The notes below the pieces were generated by a model. That model ran no database searches. It saw nothing but the letters and a program-made list of their open reading frames with translations, and was not told the origin of the DNA. A DNA stretch of 64,000 nt from Candidatus Zhuqueibacterota bacterium (lineage in GTDB: Bacteria > Zhuqueibacterota > Zhuqueibacteria > Thermofontimicrobiales > Thermofontimicrobiaceae). Within the stretch, counting starts at the first letter, position 1; every line of letters starts with the position of its first letter. The position numbers and the translations under genes are program-made. The stretch lies in assembly GCA_049322915.1 (NCBI GenBank), contig JBMOPW010000014.1:32001-96000 (forward strand). The letters run 5' to 3'. Shown here one piece after another: positions 62,201-64,000 of this stretch.

Positions 62201-64000
62201 GAGCGGCGATTTTGAAAAAGCGCTGGAATATTTCACCAATGCGCTGACGCTGTATCATCAATTGGACGACAGCCTGAACACTGCCCAATGCCACAAAGAC
62301 CTGGGGCGAATTTATCTGCTCAAGCTGGATAATTATTCGAAAGCCATCGAGCACCAGGAATCCGCGCTGAAAATTCTGCAGCAGATGCATCAGACCGAAG
62401 CGATGATTGAGATTTTACAAAACCTGGGCTTCAGCAACGAGCGTCTGGCAAATTACAAAACCTCGCTCAAATACCAGCAGGACGCATTTGAAATAGCCCG
62501 GCAATTTGGAAATAAAAAATGGATAGCGCTGTCCCAACACTATCTGTCCAATCTCAACTGGAAGATGGGAAATTACCAGCAGGCTATCAACTTCCAGCAG
62601 CAGGCGAATGCTATCTTTCAGGAGTTGAATGACGTCAAACTGCAGGTGGCGAGCCTGTCCACGCAAGGGCTGATTTTGATGAGCCTGGCGCAACTGGATG
62701 AAGCGACCGCGGCTGAACATCAGGCGCTGGAATTGGCCAAGTCCATCAACGACGAGCATGACATTGCCACCATTCATAAGAATCTGGGATTGATTTACCG
62801 CGCCAGGGAGAAGTGGGATCTGGCGCTGCAGGAATTCGAGCGGGCGACACAAATTGATGAAGCTATAAATTTCAAGCGGGGCATGAGCTATGATTACCGC
62901 GATCTGGGGAGCATCTACGCTCAGCAGGGTCGGTTTGATCTGGCTCAGGCCTACTTCAGAAAAGGTCTGGTGTTGAGCAAAGAGATTCTGGATGCCCAAA
63001 ATCAGGTTCAATGTTATTATGAAATTGCGCGAACGCACATGCTCACCGGCCGAATGGAAGCCGCGCTGGATACGCTGAGATTGGCCTCGACACTGGCGGA
63101 ACAATTATTCATTCCGGATGTGCAGTGGCGCGCGCAGCGGCTGCTGGGGCAAATCTACGACAGGCAATCCAATCTGCAGGAGAGCATTTCGGCCTATACA
63201 CGCGCGCTGGAAATTATCGAGGTGATGCGTTCACAAATCAAGGTGGAAGATTTTAAATCAGGATTCATCGATGATAAATTGGTTGTGTATCATGAGTTGA
63301 TCACGCTTTATTTGAAAATTGACCAGCCTGAAAAAGCGCTGGAGATTGTCGAGCGAGCCAAGTCCCGCAATTTTATTGATATGCTGGCCAACAAGGACAT
63401 TCATTTCAGCGGAGCGTTCAATGAGCAGCAATTCGCGCAAGGCAAGGGGCTTGAAGATGAACTGCGACGCGTTCAAAACGAGATTGCCGGGTTGCTGATG
63501 AAGGGCGCGACTGTTACAGACCCGGAAAAGGCGAAATTATCCGACCTGGATCAGCAACAAAATGAACTGAAAAGACAATACGAGGCGTTCATCAGTCAGT
63601 TGAAAACTATAAACCCGGAACTGGCCGGCATGGTGCAGGTGGAGCCGCTCCGTGCCGATTCATTGAAGGCGGCATTGCCGGACAGCGCCATGGTGATCGA
63701 ATATTTTTATACAGAGGACCAGCTCTTCATTTTTGGAATGACGCAACGCCGCGTGGTTGCCCACAGCCGTCCGATTGCGGATAAACAGATCATGGCCATG
63801 GTGAGCGAATTTCGGGACGCCATCAGCAGCCAGCGTTCGGTGAATGCCATTGCCGGCGGATTGTACGACTGGCTCATCCTTCCGTTGGAAGGCGAGCTGA
63901 CGAATATCAATCATATTGTGATTGTTCCTCACGGCGTCCTTCACTATCTCCCCTTCGCGGCGTTGATGGATAAAAACCAGGGCTATTTGATTCACAACTA
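56205..64000 (+). CDS. Giant lipoprotein: PD40/TolB propeller, TPRs, degenerate CHAT, TPRs, second CHAT (3'-truncated by the window end)
   Basis: MWVRRIVLSLVFIVSA-C; P..SP.G..LAF.S.R.G repeats; many TPRs; the same frame gives WAGYQVVG at 61731 and VPHGVLHYLPFAAL near 63924. The ORF track lists no closed ORF in this frame, consistent with it running off the end. Confidence 0.88.
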   Translation, partial: MWVRRIVLSLVFIVSACSIKAELKQPISTDEKTTAAPSQFFDLSQVYQQVTTHPEMDVFPAISPNGQWLAFASRRSGNMDIWVKSTTGGPAFQISTHRSDDVMPTWSSDGKKLVFVSFREDAAGDLWSVSLREKYRELVAKGSPKKLTTYLGTDVSPNFSPNGKYIAFTSDRGGANNIHVLHLKRKKIFQITRNGAIHPNWSPDGKRIVYVSFSENPERNGQVFFSELNFKSDEPVVVREVAVTTGASNDAFPAWSSDGKSVLVTRYDRDTNHDGAINPDDLPNLWKIIVDQSDGSQASLLNPAEIDTASLPLHDARVFREMQLLPSLHYDYQPVCSHDGKVYYISQRSGNEDIWAVPEDGPIPRQKEGFLQYQFASSYFPLPETDLIFVKNHATETREQLETRLIAFQRLNDFFPEEDIWVGWSLYEIARTYAALEMTTIAGTYLEEIIRQHQDNQELVGHAELKLYELKYKAGSGHLEPQVQALDGIAAKYHNAPAIAAKAEFFKGETYFLAGRESAALQAFKSLVEKYSDQTHFCAQAQILIGDIYAGFGEREEVASAYLHVVQNYPREAHWIDVALDKVLALQRVEDSFSKITGYRAILTQYKPYDRLLARTQLKIGEEFFHQQQFDAAIQELTLVEAQYPQQREEIARASLIIARVYRRMSEELMAISTYKKVIQDFGDVQSGLYVVQAKEELLELYLQSGDRYRMAGDMQAANSRYRGAIQIMPGSLDAHRGLVATMYSLGDIDEAVKNYEKVCLKNPDDETMRYILGLCYSYQATEASDRSGSLDDFKIGLMKKSNEAIEDALSKNYRLIPAYLTLSFNYEAIEKYERYQRMKPSGFFKSMATTTIAPIQSIYRMLTFQKEKTPQRWFEEAIDVLITAISLNDETVHPNLESELALNLASNYYNLQEFGFERAYYYYHVKMQYDASFANQRTEAEIYKRMGHCALVVEDFQKGPVYLKKAIDLYSALGDEQNKLLNIKRLALLYQLAGENKDSDDIAESVEYEKSVDYFKMAAALDEKARRYNMLEVGYRSIAYNYQVLNDEDESVRYAEKALDLIRQGKVTEVKAKPNWIKIGILGVEFPVWNLGQIGTGASTAAEGFTTDEEVALLYSIIGNAHLTKRSIDGALLYMEKKLHIYREREDRLAEAIILNNMGYLNYIDFRYDLAWQHFKKSLLLCNEEKNVPGALANIYNLGRLGVFISNFNALPTQWRQDTLQQDIVLRTSEYQSASLDYLRQGLELIEKEQLGYTQEKMQIYNILGTIHFINNSTAANGFADDEYERIQRQLEQLDGYSVADSCYRIALDLALQENSERFQITVRNNLGNLAFAVGDIDDSIGQFTVARELAIKQNWHSQLWKIDFILGRIFSVHGDASPVSTQHHDASFYFNEAIVSLERDTYQFRAANLSPFYLAQVRQLYEEVVDFEIANGNFISGLRLTEQFHGKQFLDVVSGHKLQLKKERHKIFLGNAKFLVEELASLDQRIKNAAKREEPSRQKLAQWIDTKRRYEQEYQELLKDLKEEDPELEAFIHVEPVTFRQVQECLGPKSLIVDYFMTDSGVHIWLVSADSVNHVRVEISRERLEQSISAFCASLESSVADTVAASEMSRVFIDPVKQRLAPYTNIIVVTDGLIRMIPFSYLINFTGDEASRLKTVSTAPSLANYYFGYGKRKIRGSNLLLVTDQPKAGQDFIGFNAVRLDASTPADDRKGRFVEALQQSDIIFFDAELDGRIVDPLMAQIAPRLPGKPFSFTLKDFYSMDLAASVVAINGHQESGQVSSLILERALMYAGAPSIVQSLWPGSDARFWNHFFEALQDYPPAKALVKAQETLKNEGAPTEVWAGYQVVGFEGMTDDQEQQFARDSFQLTVNDASDDFQKEKWGDAVKKFEQALIMAKKEGNPEAIADLQTIIIQSAARAGNYDKAIQFQLDLIGKAENEGAVQQLIEGYNNLFVFYTNSGNYERAIFFQNKFLELAKAYNQPTEIAGSYYKLGLVHERSGDFEKALEYFTNALTLYHQLDDSLNTAQCHKDLGRIYLLKLDNYSKAIEHQESALKILQQMHQTEAMIEILQNLGFSNERLANYKTSLKYQQDAFEIARQFGNKKWIALSQHYLSNLNWKMGNYQQAINFQQQANAIFQELNDVKLQVASLSTQGLILMSLAQLDEATAAEHQALELAKSINDEHDIATIHKNLGLIYRAREKWDLALQEFERATQIDEAINFKRGMSYDYRDLGSIYAQQGRFDLAQAYFRKGLVLSKEILDAQNQVQCYYEIARTHMLTGRMEAALDTLRLASTLAEQLFIPDVQWRAQRLLGQIYDRQSNLQESISAYTRALEIIEVMRSQIKVEDFKSGFIDDKLVVYHELITLYLKIDQPEKALEIVERAKSRNFIDMLANKDIHFSGAFNEQQFAQGKGLEDELRRVQNEIAGLLMKGATVTDPEKAKLSDLDQQQNELKRQYEAFISQLKTINPELAGMVQVEPLRADSLKAALPDSAMVIEYFYTEDQLFIFGMTQRRVVAHSRPIADKQIMAMVSEFRDAISSQRSVNAIAGGLYDWLILPLEGELTNINHIVIVPHGVLHYLPFAALMDKNQGYLIHN

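Noticed and set aside
112..63995. Many short alternative-frame and antisense ORFs in the track
   Set aside because: They lie inside long, motif-supported genes and show no recognisable motifs.
1..64000. CRISPR array or cas genes linked to the CHAT proteins (type III-E-like)
   Set aside because: No regularly spaced direct repeats and no cas-like ORF seen in the window.

Overview
Bacterial chromosomal window. The gene content (several secreted proteins with C-terminal 'YPNPFN...WDG' FlgD/T9SS-like sorting domains, mglAB, PPi-PFK) suggests an FCB-related diderm such as KSB1 or Calditrichota; this is an inference. Housekeeping genes (hflX, plsC, a fakA-degV fusion, plsY, rtcA, priA, pfp) alternate with accessory loci. 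Main discoveries: (1) an ECF sigma / zinc anti-sigma / CHAT-protease locus in which the CHAT domain is split over two separately exported proteins encoded in reversed order; (2) the divergent secreted-protein gene next to it carries an in-frame TGA followed by a SECIS-like hairpin, a candidate new selenoprotein of 1059 aa; (3) an integrase-less integron cassette whose attC site is interrupted by an ORF-less group IIC-attC intron with an altered domain 5, followed by a decayed gene pair; (4) a >2598-codon PD40-TPR-pseudoCHAT-TPR-CHAT lipoprotein ORF absent from the ORF track because it runs off the window end; (5) a rod-shaped, 6S-like structured RNA candidate; (6) a giant surface protein with an (ABC)3 higher-order repeat. 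All calls come from reading motifs by eye; no searches were run.
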